Of a stretch of DNA of 64,000 nucleotides, positions 36,903 through 45,474 are shown one piece after another. The stretch's first letter is position 1. Every line of letters starts with the position of its first letter. A model generated the notes under the pieces. It did no database searches. It was not told the origin of the DNA and saw only the letters and a program-made list of their open reading frames with translations. The position numbers were made by a program, and so were the translations under genes. The stretch lies in the sequence record NC_028829.1. One strand, written 5' to 3'.

Positions 36903-37928
36903 TTAGATGCCAGTGAAATACTGAATGATTTGGTAGTGATCGTCATACAAACGTTCTTGCATGTCCATTACTTCACTCAGTGAGTACCATTTCGCTGATA
37001 CAGCATCATCGGCTGGCTTCACTTTCGGGAAAGTGTTGTCAGGGTTTGGCTGCACTTTGAAGTGATATGCCATTGTGATGCGAGTGTGTGGGTAAGAGCG
37101 ATTTGGGTTATCGAACATCTTCTCATCTTTGAGCGAGCCACGCAAGACTTTCTCTGGGACTTTGATGTTAGTTTCTTCTTGTAGTTCACGAATCGCAGCA
37201 GTTAAGAATGTTTCTTTCTCATGCTTATGACCGCCAGGTAATGCTAAACAGCCTTTGCCTGGGTTGAACTTACGCTCGACAAGAAGAACATGACCTGCAC
37301 ACATCACAACGCTGTCAGCACACGCGATATTCAAGTGACCTTGGTATGGATAATCTTTAAACTTCTCGATTTCGCGCACTGAGCTATCGTATTCAGCTTT
37401 CATTTCAGTGAAATGCTCTGTTTTGCTCCAATCGTCAAGAAACATCATTGTTTGCTTGGGAATCAGACCAGACATTACAGGGTGATTCAGTAGAATCTCG
37501 CTGAAGTACAGTTCTCTGAAGTCAGTTGCAGAGATAACTCTGTTATACATCTTCACTGGTTCAGGTTGAAATAGTTTTAACTCAGGGAATAGCTTGAGAT
37601 AGTAGCTGCTTTCGTCTTTGTCGTAACCGACGATATGAGTGGCGCCTTTCGTACTAGCACGAACATTTGACTGCCAAACGTCGTCTTTAGCGTAATCACC
37701 TAGTGGTACAAATCGAACTTTGCTTCGAATGTCATCAGGTAAAGCAACACCCATCATATCGCGTACTTCTTCGAACGTGAAAGGGTTTTTAACTGAACGA
37801 TGTCGATTAGAGCTACCGATTAAGATAGTCATCTTGTCTAGTTCAAGCGCGTCGAATGCTTGTGTGATTGCAGATAGATGACCGTTGTGGAATGGACGAA
37901 AGCGTCCGATAAAGATTGCGTGTGACAT
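36903..37928 (-). CDS. natV: bifunctional NMN adenylyltransferase / Nudix (ADP-ribose pyrophosphatase), NadM-Nudix
   Basis: IGRFRPFHNGH, KNPFTFEE, ISATDFR; Nudix GG.....ETFLTAAIRELQEETN; DDA, DH..I. Confidence 0.93.
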   Translation of the reverse strand: MSHAIFIGRFRPFHNGHLSAITQAFDALELDKMTILIGSSNRHRSVKNPFTFEEVRDMMGVALPDDIRSKVRFVPLGDYAKDDVWQSNVRASTKGATHIVGYDKDESSYYLKLFPELKLFQPEPVKMYNRVISATDFRELYFSEILLNHPVMSGLIPKQTMMFLDDWSKTEHFTEMKAEYDSSVREIEKFKDYPYQGHLNIACADSVVMCAGHVLLVERKFNPGKGCLALPGGHKHEKETFLTAAIRELQEETNIKVPEKVLRGSLKDEKMFDNPNRSYPHTRITMAYHFKVQPNPDNTFPKVKPADDAVSAKWYSLSEVMDMQERLYDDHYQIIQYFTGI

Positions 37929-37963
37929 ATTGGGCTCCCCATTTTGTCATTGATTGAGATTAG

Positions 37964-37992
37964 ATTATTACATCTATTATTGTTTGTGTCAA
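37964..37992 (-). promoter_or_regulatory. probable promoter of natV
   Basis: TTGACA with TAATAAT at about 17 bp. Confidence 0.5.
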
Positions 37993-37997
37993 ATACT

Positions 37998-38513
37998 TTA
38001 AAACTCTTGACCTGCATCAGAACAAATTGCGTTATTAAGTATTGCCACGGCTTTTGCGACTACACGATCAGTTAAGCCGATCTCAGGGTCGCAGTTTACA
38101 TAGTTATGACGTTGCCATAACAACATATCAGTGTCATCATCTAAGATGACATAGCTTCGAAAGTCGTATCGCTTACCAAGCAACTCTTCATTGTCTTGAA
38201 TCCATTTAAGAATCTCATTACCACGAAAAGCCCATGAGTATTGATGGTCGAGCATATCTGTTTTGCCGATACATTCACCATTAACACCCATATCATTAAG
38301 CACTGTATTGATCTCATCGATACTAAGACCACAACGCCACACACTTGTAAGAACAATGCGTGCGTCAGTTCTTTTAATGAGATCATTTAAACGGTCGACA
38401 CATCGCGGCGAATAAATCCCTTGATACTCGCCATTCAATAGCACGTCCATGTGCTCATCGGCTTCTAAAGCGTTGTTTAGAACGCCGTCTATGTCCAAGA
38501 ATATAACTTTCAT
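37998..38513 (-). CDS. HAD phosphatase, Swiss-army-knife RNA-repair-like family
   Basis: MKVIFLDIDGVLN, IVLTSVWR, RGNEI..W, YVILDDD. Confidence 0.8.
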   Translation of the reverse strand: MKVIFLDIDGVLNNALEADEHMDVLLNGEYQGIYSPRCVDRLNDLIKRTDARIVLTSVWRCGLSIDEINTVLNDMGVNGECIGKTDMLDHQYSWAFRGNEILKWIQDNEELLGKRYDFRSYVILDDDTDMLLWQRHNYVNCDPEIGLTDRVVAKAVAILNNAICSDAGQEF

Positions 38514-38517
38514 TATG

Positions 38518-38979
38518 TTACCACTTGCATAATTCACCGAGTGCGTCATATGCATCATTCATGCCGTGTAGACTAAAATGATACGAGTATGACACACCGT
38601 GCCCGTTGTTTACAACATATTCGAGCATATTTCCTGTTTTGAGCGTATCGATAACATCATCACTATTACCAAGATAAGTCGTGACAGATGATTGTTGTTG
38701 TAACTGATTACTCTCGACTCGCACGTATGGGTTCCCATCTAGTGAATACCAGATTTCGTCCGGTTTTGCAGCGGTCAGGTATGCTCTCGTTTCATACAAC
38801 GTGATTGCTTTATCACAGTCAATTGTGAGCACAGCAAGACGATTGACTGAGTTCGTGCTTGCAGTGTGTATTGGCTCATGTGTGCGAACATCAACACGAT
38901 GAACAGTCATCCAATCATCGTGTACGTGTGCGTTCGCAATCAATGGCATTATTGCCAAGCTTAACAATGCGAACTTCAT
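38518..38979 (-). CDS. secreted/periplasmic hypothetical protein
   Basis: Signal peptide MKFALLSLAIMPLIANA; C-terminal FSLHGMNDAY..L...C. Confidence 0.75.
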   Translation of the reverse strand: MKFALLSLAIMPLIANAHVHDDWMTVHRVDVRTHEPIHTASTNSVNRLAVLTIDCDKAITLYETRAYLTAAKPDEIWYSLDGNPYVRVESNQLQQQSSVTTYLGNSDDVIDTLKTGNMLEYVVNNGHGVSYSYHFSLHGMNDAYDALGELCKW

Positions 38980-39030
38980 ATTGTGCTTCCTTGTGCTTGT
39001 TGCACACGTGCAAATATGGCGCTGTTAGTT

Positions 39031-39792
39031 TTACACTGTATGCATACCACTGCGTCGCAATGAAGACAGTTCATGGGAGCGCAGTGAGCCACTTTTCTTG
39101 AGCTTTGTCTCTTTAGGTTGAACGATTTTCTTTGCTTCTTCAGTGATGATTTCGACTAATTCAATATCGGTATAATGAGTATCGAGTAGTCGACCTTCTT
39201 TACTCACGGGTTGAATACCAACCGAGATTGTCCCGTTTGCTTGATTGAAAATGGCAGTGACTAAGCCAGTTGCGCCAGTTGCCATGCATCGAGCTTTTTG
39301 CAGCAATTCCACTTTAAGCTCATCACGCTCACGCTTTTGACGATTGTTGATGATCTTATCGTGAATCGAGTGACCTGTTTGCTTACAGCTAATGACCCGC
39401 GCAGATGCATAAATATTCGTTTCATGCTCTGCGTATGGCTTAATCAAAAGCACATTAGGTGCTGCGTTCACTGAGTATTGAATTTCAGTTACGATACCTT
39501 TCGCTTCTGAAACTGTGTCTTCAACTTCATCACCAAGACGAATTGGCATTGTAGTATTTGTCTCTGCGAAAATAGCTTCATACTCTTCAACTCGATTAGA
39601 ATTGACGATTTCGACTAATTTCGAGCTAAAAACATGAGTTTTCACTTCATTTTTAGCGTCTTTTGCTCGAACTTCAAGCAATTCACACCCTGCGATGCAC
39701 TGTGTGATACCGATTACCGTACCTTCGATACCAGTTGTGATTGATTTAACAAGCATGCCGAAGCGATGCCCAGATGTAGTTGCAATACTCAT
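39031..39792 (-). CDS. hypothetical protein with three tandem ~75-aa repeats
   Basis: Three copies of (D/S/C)..(T/S)G(I/A).G.V..I motif. Confidence 0.75.
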   Translation of the reverse strand: MSIATTSGHRFGMLVKSITTGIEGTVIGITQCIAGCELLEVRAKDAKNEVKTHVFSSKLVEIVNSNRVEEYEAIFAETNTTMPIRLGDEVEDTVSEAKGIVTEIQYSVNAAPNVLLIKPYAEHETNIYASARVISCKQTGHSIHDKIINNRQKRERDELKVELLQKARCMATGATGLVTAIFNQANGTISVGIQPVSKEGRLLDTHYTDIELVEIITEEAKKIVQPKETKLKKSGSLRSHELSSLRRSGMHTV

Positions 39793-40032
39793 AATATATC
39801 ACTCTTATTTATTGGAATTTAACACATTATTCACATGATTTCATATGAATTTGCTATTAATCTCGCTTTTGATTCAAATTGTAGATTGTTTTACCGTCTA
39901 CGTTTGCTAATGCTTCTGCATATGCCGTACGAGCAACAGACTTACAATCGTTGAACATTCTACCAGACGGCGTGCATAACCATGCACGCGCTTTGTCTAA
40001 GTATTCTTGAACTTCTTCAGCAGTTGCTAAGA

Positions 40033-40356
40033 TCATAGAGCCAATTCCTCTAGTTCTTCAGCAGAACCTGCGCCAACGTCCATGACTTTCTCTAATGCAA
40101 TCCAACGAGTGCCATTGTAGTATTGACAGTTATTGTTCCACATGTTGTGACGCCACAAATCCCATGGTACAGATTGGTCGATTACAGCAGTCCATGTACA
40201 CGATGCAATTGCAGGTACACGAGTATAACTGACATAACCAAGTGCTAATACAGCTACAAGAACAGCAGCAGTGATACGAGGGTGTGATTTAGCTTCTTGA
40301 GCGAGAATCACAGTGTTGTCAAGCCAGTTAGGCATTTTCGGCATTTTGAATTTCAT
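40033..40356 (-). CDS. membrane-anchored hypothetical protein
   Basis: TM segment; first gene after promoter 40393-40421. Confidence 0.75.
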   Translation of the reverse strand: MKFKMPKMPNWLDNTVILAQEAKSHPRITAAVLVAVLALGYVSYTRVPAIASCTWTAVIDQSVPWDLWRHNMWNNNCQYYNGTRWIALEKVMDVGAGSAEELEELAL

Positions 40357-40392
40357 GATTTTGTTCTCTTGTTTCGTTAGGCGTTGAGTGAC

Positions 40393-40421
40393 ATATTACT
40401 GCCACTCACACGTTTTGTCAA
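40393..40421 (-). promoter_or_regulatory. early promoter
   Basis: TTGACA-17bp-TAATAT. Confidence 0.7.
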
Positions 40422-40434
40422 CTACTTTTTGAAA

Positions 40435-41700
40435 TTAATTGTACAATGCCCAATCTGTTGGTCGAGTTAGTGCAACATAAGCAAGTTGCTGAACAATCTC
40501 TGGCTCGGCGTATCCCATGTCTTGAGTGTAGATACACACACCTTTAACAGTCGTACCTTGTGACTTGTGAGTTGTTGATGCACCAAGAGACTTAGTTTCA
40601 ATCATCTGCTCTTTCAAGCCCCAGAAAGCACGCCAGTAGCGTTTAGTATTACCACGCATCGACTTGTAAGTACCAGCAGCAACCATCAAGTAACGCGCAA
40701 AGCGTTCTTTCTGTAGGTCATCCCACAGAACAGTGAACTCATACACATTACCATCGTCTTTCTCAACAGTTAGCACAGCAACATCAAACGATTCGTTGTC
40801 TACTTTTGGTAACATACCATCGATTGTTTTCTGACGAACATCAAGAATCTTAACGATTTCACCATTGTCAATGACACAAACAGGGTACTTCCCGTTTGAC
40901 TGCATAACTGGCATTTGTGTTACAAGATACTCATTCGGGATAAATGGTTCGCTCGTGTTGTAAATGTGCTCACGAATAATACCATTGAACGTATCAACAC
41001 AATCGTTTGTGTAAGCAAGAATACGATAGTCAAGCAAGTCTTCAGGTGTGTTGATTTTACTCAAGTAAGTGTCTAGCATTTTATTCACGTTCGGAACGTG
41101 CAAAACGCCTTGACGCAGCTCTTTTGACCAGTTAGTGCGTAGCCATTCACCTTGACGTACTTCAGTTGCGACTTGAATCAACGGGTTGTCTTTTGCTTGT
41201 CGTACAACTTCAGTCATTTCATAAGTGTTGAACTTAGTGAACATCGGTGAGATAATACCAGGCTCATGTTTCACTGGTTGAAGCTGATACTTATCACCAA
41301 CACCTAGAATGCGACACTTGCGTGGCATTGTTTTACCCATGATGTCGTATAGCTCATTGTCGATCATACTTGCTTCTTCGACCACAAGCACATCAATTTC
41401 GTCTAGACCTTCAACATCACCAGCTTGCTTGAAGTGCTTCTGATCTTCATACGTGTCTGGGTGAATTTTCAGTAGACTGTGAATCGTTGATACATCACGA
41501 CCTGTCATTTTGTGTAGCACGTTCTTTGCTTGGTGAGTTGGTGCTACCATTGCTACGTTCTTGCCTTTTGCGTCAAGTGCCGCGAGAATAGACTTCATTA
41601 AGAATGTCTTACCAGAACCCGCGGGACCAGAAATAGTCATATGCCCATCAGAGTCGAGAAACGCATTCATTGCACCTTGTTGGCAATTAGTTAAACCCAC
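40435..41700 (-). CDS. dda: Dda-like SF1B DNA helicase
   Basis: GPAGSGKT, APTHQA, TIHSLL, EEASMI, GDKYQL, EVVRQ, HKSQGTT, YVALTR; GTG start after GAGGA preferred. Confidence 0.95.
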   Translation of the reverse strand: MGLTNCQQGAMNAFLDSDGHMTISGPAGSGKTFLMKSILAALDAKGKNVAMVAPTHQAKNVLHKMTGRDVSTIHSLLKIHPDTYEDQKHFKQAGDVEGLDEIDVLVVEEASMIDNELYDIMGKTMPRKCRILGVGDKYQLQPVKHEPGIISPMFTKFNTYEMTEVVRQAKDNPLIQVATEVRQGEWLRTNWSKELRQGVLHVPNVNKMLDTYLSKINTPEDLLDYRILAYTNDCVDTFNGIIREHIYNTSEPFIPNEYLVTQMPVMQSNGKYPVCVIDNGEIVKILDVRQKTIDGMLPKVDNESFDVAVLTVEKDDGNVYEFTVLWDDLQKERFARYLMVAAGTYKSMRGNTKRYWRAFWGLKEQMIETKSLGASTTHKSQGTTVKGVCIYTQDMGYAEPEIVQQLAYVALTRPTDWALYN

Positions 41701-41710
41701 TATCTTTTCC

Positions 41711-42085
41711 TCATCTATATTTCCAATTGATCGTATGCACTTTGATTGAACGCTCTCGACAAATGTCAATCATGTTCTGAGTGCCGCGACCGCCTTTGAA
41801 TGCCAAACATATGTCTGGCTTGAGATCAGCCATGTCGGAGTTGCGTTTAAAACCCGCAGAATCGCCATATTTGTCCCACTCAGCTTCGCACGTGATTAAA
41901 TCAACATCGATGTGCGCTTGATTCGCCCAATCTTGCGCAAGTCGATCAGCACCAAGTGCGCCGCCTTCTATAATAGTCATTCGCCCTATATAGAAGCTAT
42001 TGTATAGCTTATCTAACGCAGCATAAACAAGTTTTCTATCCCTGAACTTACGACCACCACAGACGAGTACTCTCGGTGACATCAT
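41711..42085 (-). CDS. SLOG/DUF2493 (YspA-like) protein
   Basis: VLVCGGR, IIEGGALGADRLA..WA, AG..RN..M, AF.GGRGT.NMI. Confidence 0.8.
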   Translation of the reverse strand: MMSPRVLVCGGRKFRDRKLVYAALDKLYNSFYIGRMTIIEGGALGADRLAQDWANQAHIDVDLITCEAEWDKYGDSAGFKRNSDMADLKPDICLAFKGGRGTQNMIDICRERSIKVHTINWKYR

Positions 42086-42537
42086 TGGTCAATTAACCAA
42101 CCATATAGACAGAACTCAAGTAGTTGATGAGGCATGAGCGATGTGCTATCACCAAAATGTCCGTCGAAATGAAACTCAAGTTCTTTACCAGTCTCTTGGT
42201 TGAATATGTTTGTTGTGGTATCATGAACCCCACCGCAGCATTCACAATGCCAGTGATGTTCTTCTTGAGTCACATCGACGTGAGGGAATAGGTCTGTGAT
42301 TAACTCGAACTCGTCTGGTTCTAGTTCGCGTGTTTTAAGCAGTGTTTCGATTATATTACGAGCGTCGTATTTTTCGCGTACGACAGTGCAGCCAATTGAA
42401 GGGATTTCAACCATAGCTGTCTTGTACATTTCACAGTTGTAGTTTTGATCGATGTATGATTCCCATGTTGCAGATAGCAAAAGGTCATCATTGAACATGA
42501 ATTGAAGGGAGTTTTGGTCTTGAATTAGTGTAATCAT
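42082..42537 (-). CDS. hypothetical protein
   Basis: GAGAGAAATATATG start; HCECCG. Confidence 0.8.
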   Translation of the reverse strand: MITLIQDQNSLQFMFNDDLLLSATWESYIDQNYNCEMYKTAMVEIPSIGCTVVREKYDARNIIETLLKTRELEPDEFELITDLFPHVDVTQEEHHWHCECCGGVHDTTTNIFNQETGKELEFHFDGHFGDSTSLMPHQLLEFCLYGWLIDQ

Positions 42538-42551
42538 ATATTTCTCTCAAT

Positions 42552-42574
42552 AAAAAAGCGCCCGTAGGCGCTTT
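42552..42574 (-). terminator. intrinsic terminator
   Basis: AAAGCGCC/GGCGCTTT stem plus T6. Confidence 0.85.
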
Positions 42575-42579
42575 GTGTT

Positions 42580-42831
42580 TTACGGTAAACGTAAGTCTTT
42601 TGCAGTGATGTAGATGTCTGTGTCAGGGTCGTAGTACATACCCTCACGTGCATCGTAGTAATAAACTTTACCATTCAGGTCAGTATATGGACCCTCTAGA
42701 CCTGAATTAGACAAGTCTGGGTAACGGCTATCATCTACTTTACGATGTTTGACAACACGCTCGTGAAACTCTTGTTCAGTTTCTTGCAGTTTGACTTCAC
42801 CTTTTTTGAAAAAATCGTTAAAACTTTTCAT
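42580..42831 (-). CDS. putative virion internal protein, CTS-like N-terminus, Tyr-rich C-terminus
   Basis: MKSFNDFF...KLQE; GLEGPY..NGKVYYYD..EGMYYDP; late promoter 26 nt upstream. Confidence 0.65.
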   Translation of the reverse strand: MKSFNDFFKKGEVKLQETEQEFHERVVKHRKVDDSRYPDLSNSGLEGPYTDLNGKVYYYDAREGMYYDPDTDIYITAKDLRLP

Positions 42832-42856
42832 GTTAAACCTCTTTATTTGTTTAACG

Positions 42857-42864
42857 TATTTATA
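42857..42864 (-). promoter_or_regulatory. T4-type late promoter
   Basis: Exact TATAAATA upstream of GAGG RBS and ATG 42831. Confidence 0.8.
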
Positions 42865-42865
42865 A

Positions 42866-43879
42866 TCAATTGTAACTATATACTGAAGGGAAGTAGAATT
42901 CGTCAAGCCAGTCATCATACCACTCGTAGAAATCATTAACCAATTCAGGTGTGTGATTCGGAAGTGACGTTGTATCTTTTGCATTTTCTAGCACTTCAAG
43001 ACGTTCTTGCAGCACTTCAGACACATATTCCCACTTGTACTTACCTTGTTTCACGTCACGATAGAACGCTGCGTTCTTCAAAGGGAATTCCAACTTACCT
43101 ACTGTTAGTATATCGATTGCTTGATCGATTACACGCATGGCATGTGATATCGCTTTCCAATCTGAACCACTTGCAGCACGCGCTTGATATGCACGAGCAC
43201 CATATTTGCTCATCATCTTCTCAAGACGACCCGCAGCTTCTTCAAACGTTATCTCAAGACCGAATACTTTCTCAAGCACACTGAATGCAGGGTCTTTCAA
43301 ATCGCTCGCGTCTTTAGTTTTAGGCCCATGATACCACTGAAAACGCACGTGAGCGTCTTCTGCACACAGTTCCCATAGTTGTTTGCACAACTCAGGGCTT
43401 GAACCCAACTTCGCTTTAGAATCGACGTTGTGCGTCTCTACAGCACGGGCGAATTGCATAAGGCTGTTTAGTCGCGTACCTTTGATGCCGTACTTCTGTG
43501 CTTGATTGAGCGCGTAACCAGTCATTGCTTTAACGTTTGATGTCAAATACGTACTTGTTAACTCACGACACATAGCAGAGAATGCAGGGTTGCAGTCATC
43601 TGGGTTCTGTAGTGCATTAAATGCCAATTCAATTGCATACGACTGACCTGCAAGAAAGTCACGCATGAACACTTGAACTGGTATATATTCAAAGTCTTCA
43701 TCGTCTGCACCGTTCTTCTCAAACGATTTGCCAGTCGTGTGTACTGAGTTCTTTATTGCAACACCGCGCAACAGTTTACGTATTTCAGGTTGAAAGACAG
43801 CTTTGTAGTCTGTATCTGACTCTGGCGTGTCTGTGCCATAGAGTTTCGAGCCGAATAGACTCGTGAATAGTACATTCAT
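42866..43879 (-). CDS. DNA-pol-beta superfamily nucleotidyltransferase (T4 NrdC.11/RlaP-like)
   Basis: FGSKLYGTDTPESDTDYKAVF (GS..x.D.D), DWKAISHAMR. Confidence 0.8.
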   Translation of the reverse strand: MNVLFTSLFGSKLYGTDTPESDTDYKAVFQPEIRKLLRGVAIKNSVHTTGKSFEKNGADDEDFEYIPVQVFMRDFLAGQSYAIELAFNALQNPDDCNPAFSAMCRELTSTYLTSNVKAMTGYALNQAQKYGIKGTRLNSLMQFARAVETHNVDSKAKLGSSPELCKQLWELCAEDAHVRFQWYHGPKTKDASDLKDPAFSVLEKVFGLEITFEEAAGRLEKMMSKYGARAYQARAASGSDWKAISHAMRVIDQAIDILTVGKLEFPLKNAAFYRDVKQGKYKWEYVSEVLQERLEVLENAKDTTSLPNHTPELVNDFYEWYDDWLDEFYFPSVYSYN

Positions 43880-44151
43880 TGTACACTCTCCCGCATAGCG
43901 ATCATTGCGGTGTAGTTCATTACACTCACGTGATCATTATCTTCAAGTGCTTTATCGCGCAACTCATAGAGATAGTCGATAGAGCACACATTAGGGTCGA
44001 ACCAACCATGACGACCTTTCTTGCGTGCATCAGCAAGTTTTCTAGCCATTTCGTGACTAGAAGCAATGATCAATTGCTTATCAGCCCACTCTTCGTCTGG
44101 TTCAATTGATGGGTCAATAGCTAAATTCATGCTTATTTGAAAGAAGTTCAT
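43876..44151 (-). CDS. conserved phage hypothetical protein
   Basis: KLADARKKGRHGW...DHVSVMNY. Confidence 0.7.
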   Translation of the reverse strand: MNFFQISMNLAIDPSIEPDEEWADKQLIIASSHEMARKLADARKKGRHGWFDPNVCSIDYLYELRDKALEDNDHVSVMNYTAMIAMRESVQ

Positions 44152-44153
44152 AA

Positions 44154-44618
44154 TTACCCCAGTGTCAATGTATTCATCATTTGTGTTTTATAGTTATCAC
44201 CTAGACCGCAACTGCGTGCAGATTGAACACCGATGTAGATGCGCTTGTTGAATGGTTTCACGATTGACTCTAGAATTTCAACGATGTCGTGACCTAGCAT
44301 AGGTTGCACGTGCTCGATGAAGATGTGTTCACGATCTTGAGTACATGCAAATGAAACTGCCTCAATGAGTTTTTCAAGATTCAGTCCACCACATACAACC
44401 AATGCACCAACACCAATTTTATTAGCCATATTAGCGTGATGTGTTTCTGTAACGATCATTGTACAGTTGTCGATGCCACGTTGCATCATCATACCCAATA
44501 GCATAGTGTTTTTACCACTTGCAGGTGAGCCTAGAACAACTGTGCTGTACTCGCCATTTAAAATACTCAGCTTAGAAACAGTAGTGTTCGCAGCGCGTAG
44601 AATGTCTTTTGGTGTCAT
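44154..44618 (-). CDS. P-loop-containing hypothetical protein
   Basis: GSPASGKNT Walker-A-like; start moved to MTPKDI. Confidence 0.6.
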   Translation of the reverse strand: MTPKDILRAANTTVSKLSILNGEYSTVVLGSPASGKNTMLLGMMMQRGIDNCTMIVTETHHANMANKIGVGALVVCGGLNLEKLIEAVSFACTQDREHIFIEHVQPMLGHDIVEILESIVKPFNKRIYIGVQSARSCGLGDNYKTQMMNTLTLG

Positions 44619-44670
44619 AATATAAATCTCTTTTTGTTGGATTATTGAACGTTTAATCAGAATATGCCTT

Positions 44671-44699
44671 ATGATAAGCATTTTTTACACTTTAGTCAA
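44671..44699 (-). promoter_or_regulatory. early promoter
   Basis: TTGACT-17bp-TATCAT. Confidence 0.7.
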
Positions 44700-44751
44700 C
44701 AATTATTTTGTCTTTTTTATGAGAAAATTGTAAATCAAGTAGTGTTGTAGC

Positions 44752-44759
44752 ACTAAATA
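44752..44759 (+). promoter_or_regulatory. late promoter-like ACTAAATA
   Basis: Variant of TATAAATA upstream of the structured leader and + strand gene. Confidence 0.45.
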
Positions 44760-44786
44760 TATCATACACAATATTTTATTCAGTTT

Positions 44787-44860
44787 CGAGGGTCGTGACT
44801 ATGTATCGCATTGGTCACTGCGAGTATTGGTTCCAACTATAGTCGCTTCCCTCGTTTTTT
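44787..44860 (+). ncRNA. structured leader or small RNA (long stem with internal branches, then T6)
   Basis: CGAGGG/CCCTCG plus GTGACTAT/ATAGTCGC stems enclosing TCGCA/TGCGA hairpin; followed by TTTTTT. Confidence 0.45.
44801..44842 (+). CDS. possible leader peptide MYRIGHCEYWFQL
   Basis: GAGGG RBS 8 nt before ATG; stop lies in 3' arm of the stem. Confidence 0.3.
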   Translation: MYRIGHCEYWFQL

Positions 44861-44883
44861 ATTACTGACAACAAAGGAATACC

Positions 44884-45444
44884 GTGATGGAACTTAAAAC
44901 ATTTGATGAATATAAAGAAACAGAGCTTAAAGAAGCTACAATAAAGCAATGGGCTGGTCGTTCTGCATTAGCTGGTGCATCTCTCGGTGCTGCATTTGGC
45001 TTCATGACCGCAGCAGCGGGTGCGACAGCAACAGGTGGTTTGGCAGTCGCTGTACCACTTGCAACATGGGGTGCAATTAGTCTCGGTATTCATGGTCTTA
45101 TTGGTGGTGCGTTATTTGCAGGCGGTCAAGCACGCAAAGACTACAGCGAACTCAAAAAGACTATGAAGAAAATCGAGAAGTATCGCTCACTGAAACAAGA
45201 CGATATCACTGAGAAGAAAGTAGCAGCATTTGAAAAAGACTTAGAGCGTTCGTTGTTCTTAGTTCGTAAGCTTCGCACAAGTCTCAACAGTGACATTGAT
45301 ATTGCAACAGCGAAAGGCGTATTTCGTAGCGACATCAAGCAATCTGATCAATATCTTCAAGGTCTTGAGAAGATGGAAGCAGAGCTGATAAAGATTGAAA
45401 AGGCTACTAAACGTGCTAAAAAAGCCGCTAAGAAGTCAAAATAA
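44884..45444 (+). CDS. putative internal virion protein with glycine-zipper hydrophobic segment
   Basis: AAGGA RBS; MELKTFDEYKE..LKE CTS-like; Gly/Ala-rich ~55-aa hydrophobic core; Lys-rich tail. Confidence 0.75.
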   Translation: MMELKTFDEYKETELKEATIKQWAGRSALAGASLGAAFGFMTAAAGATATGGLAVAVPLATWGAISLGIHGLIGGALFAGGQARKDYSELKKTMKKIEKYRSLKQDDITEKKVAAFEKDLERSLFLVRKLRTSLNSDIDIATAKGVFRSDIKQSDQYLQGLEKMEAELIKIEKATKRAKKAAKKSK

Positions 45445-45445
45445 C

Positions 45446-45474
45446 AAAAAAGGGAGCAATTAGCTCCCTTTTTT
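45446..45474. terminator. bidirectional terminator between convergent genes
   Basis: A6-GGGAGC-AATTA-GCTCCC-T6. Confidence 0.9.

Noticed and set aside
36903-37928. nadV (nicotinamide phosphoribosyltransferase) adjacent to natV
   Set aside because: No ~450-500 aa Nampt-like ORF in this window; it may lie elsewhere in the genome.
39806-39813. AATAAATA as a late promoter for 39031-39792
   Set aside because: Only ~14 nt from the ATG and abutting the RBS, leaving too little room for a leader.
41700-41769. Track start of dda at 41769
   Set aside because: It would overlap the SLOG gene by ~60 nt. A GTG at 41700 with a GAGGA RBS fits better.
44154-44618. Calling the P-loop ORF a helicase or kinase
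   Set aside because: Walker A is atypical (GKNT), the protein is short, and no clear Walker B or family motifs were seen.
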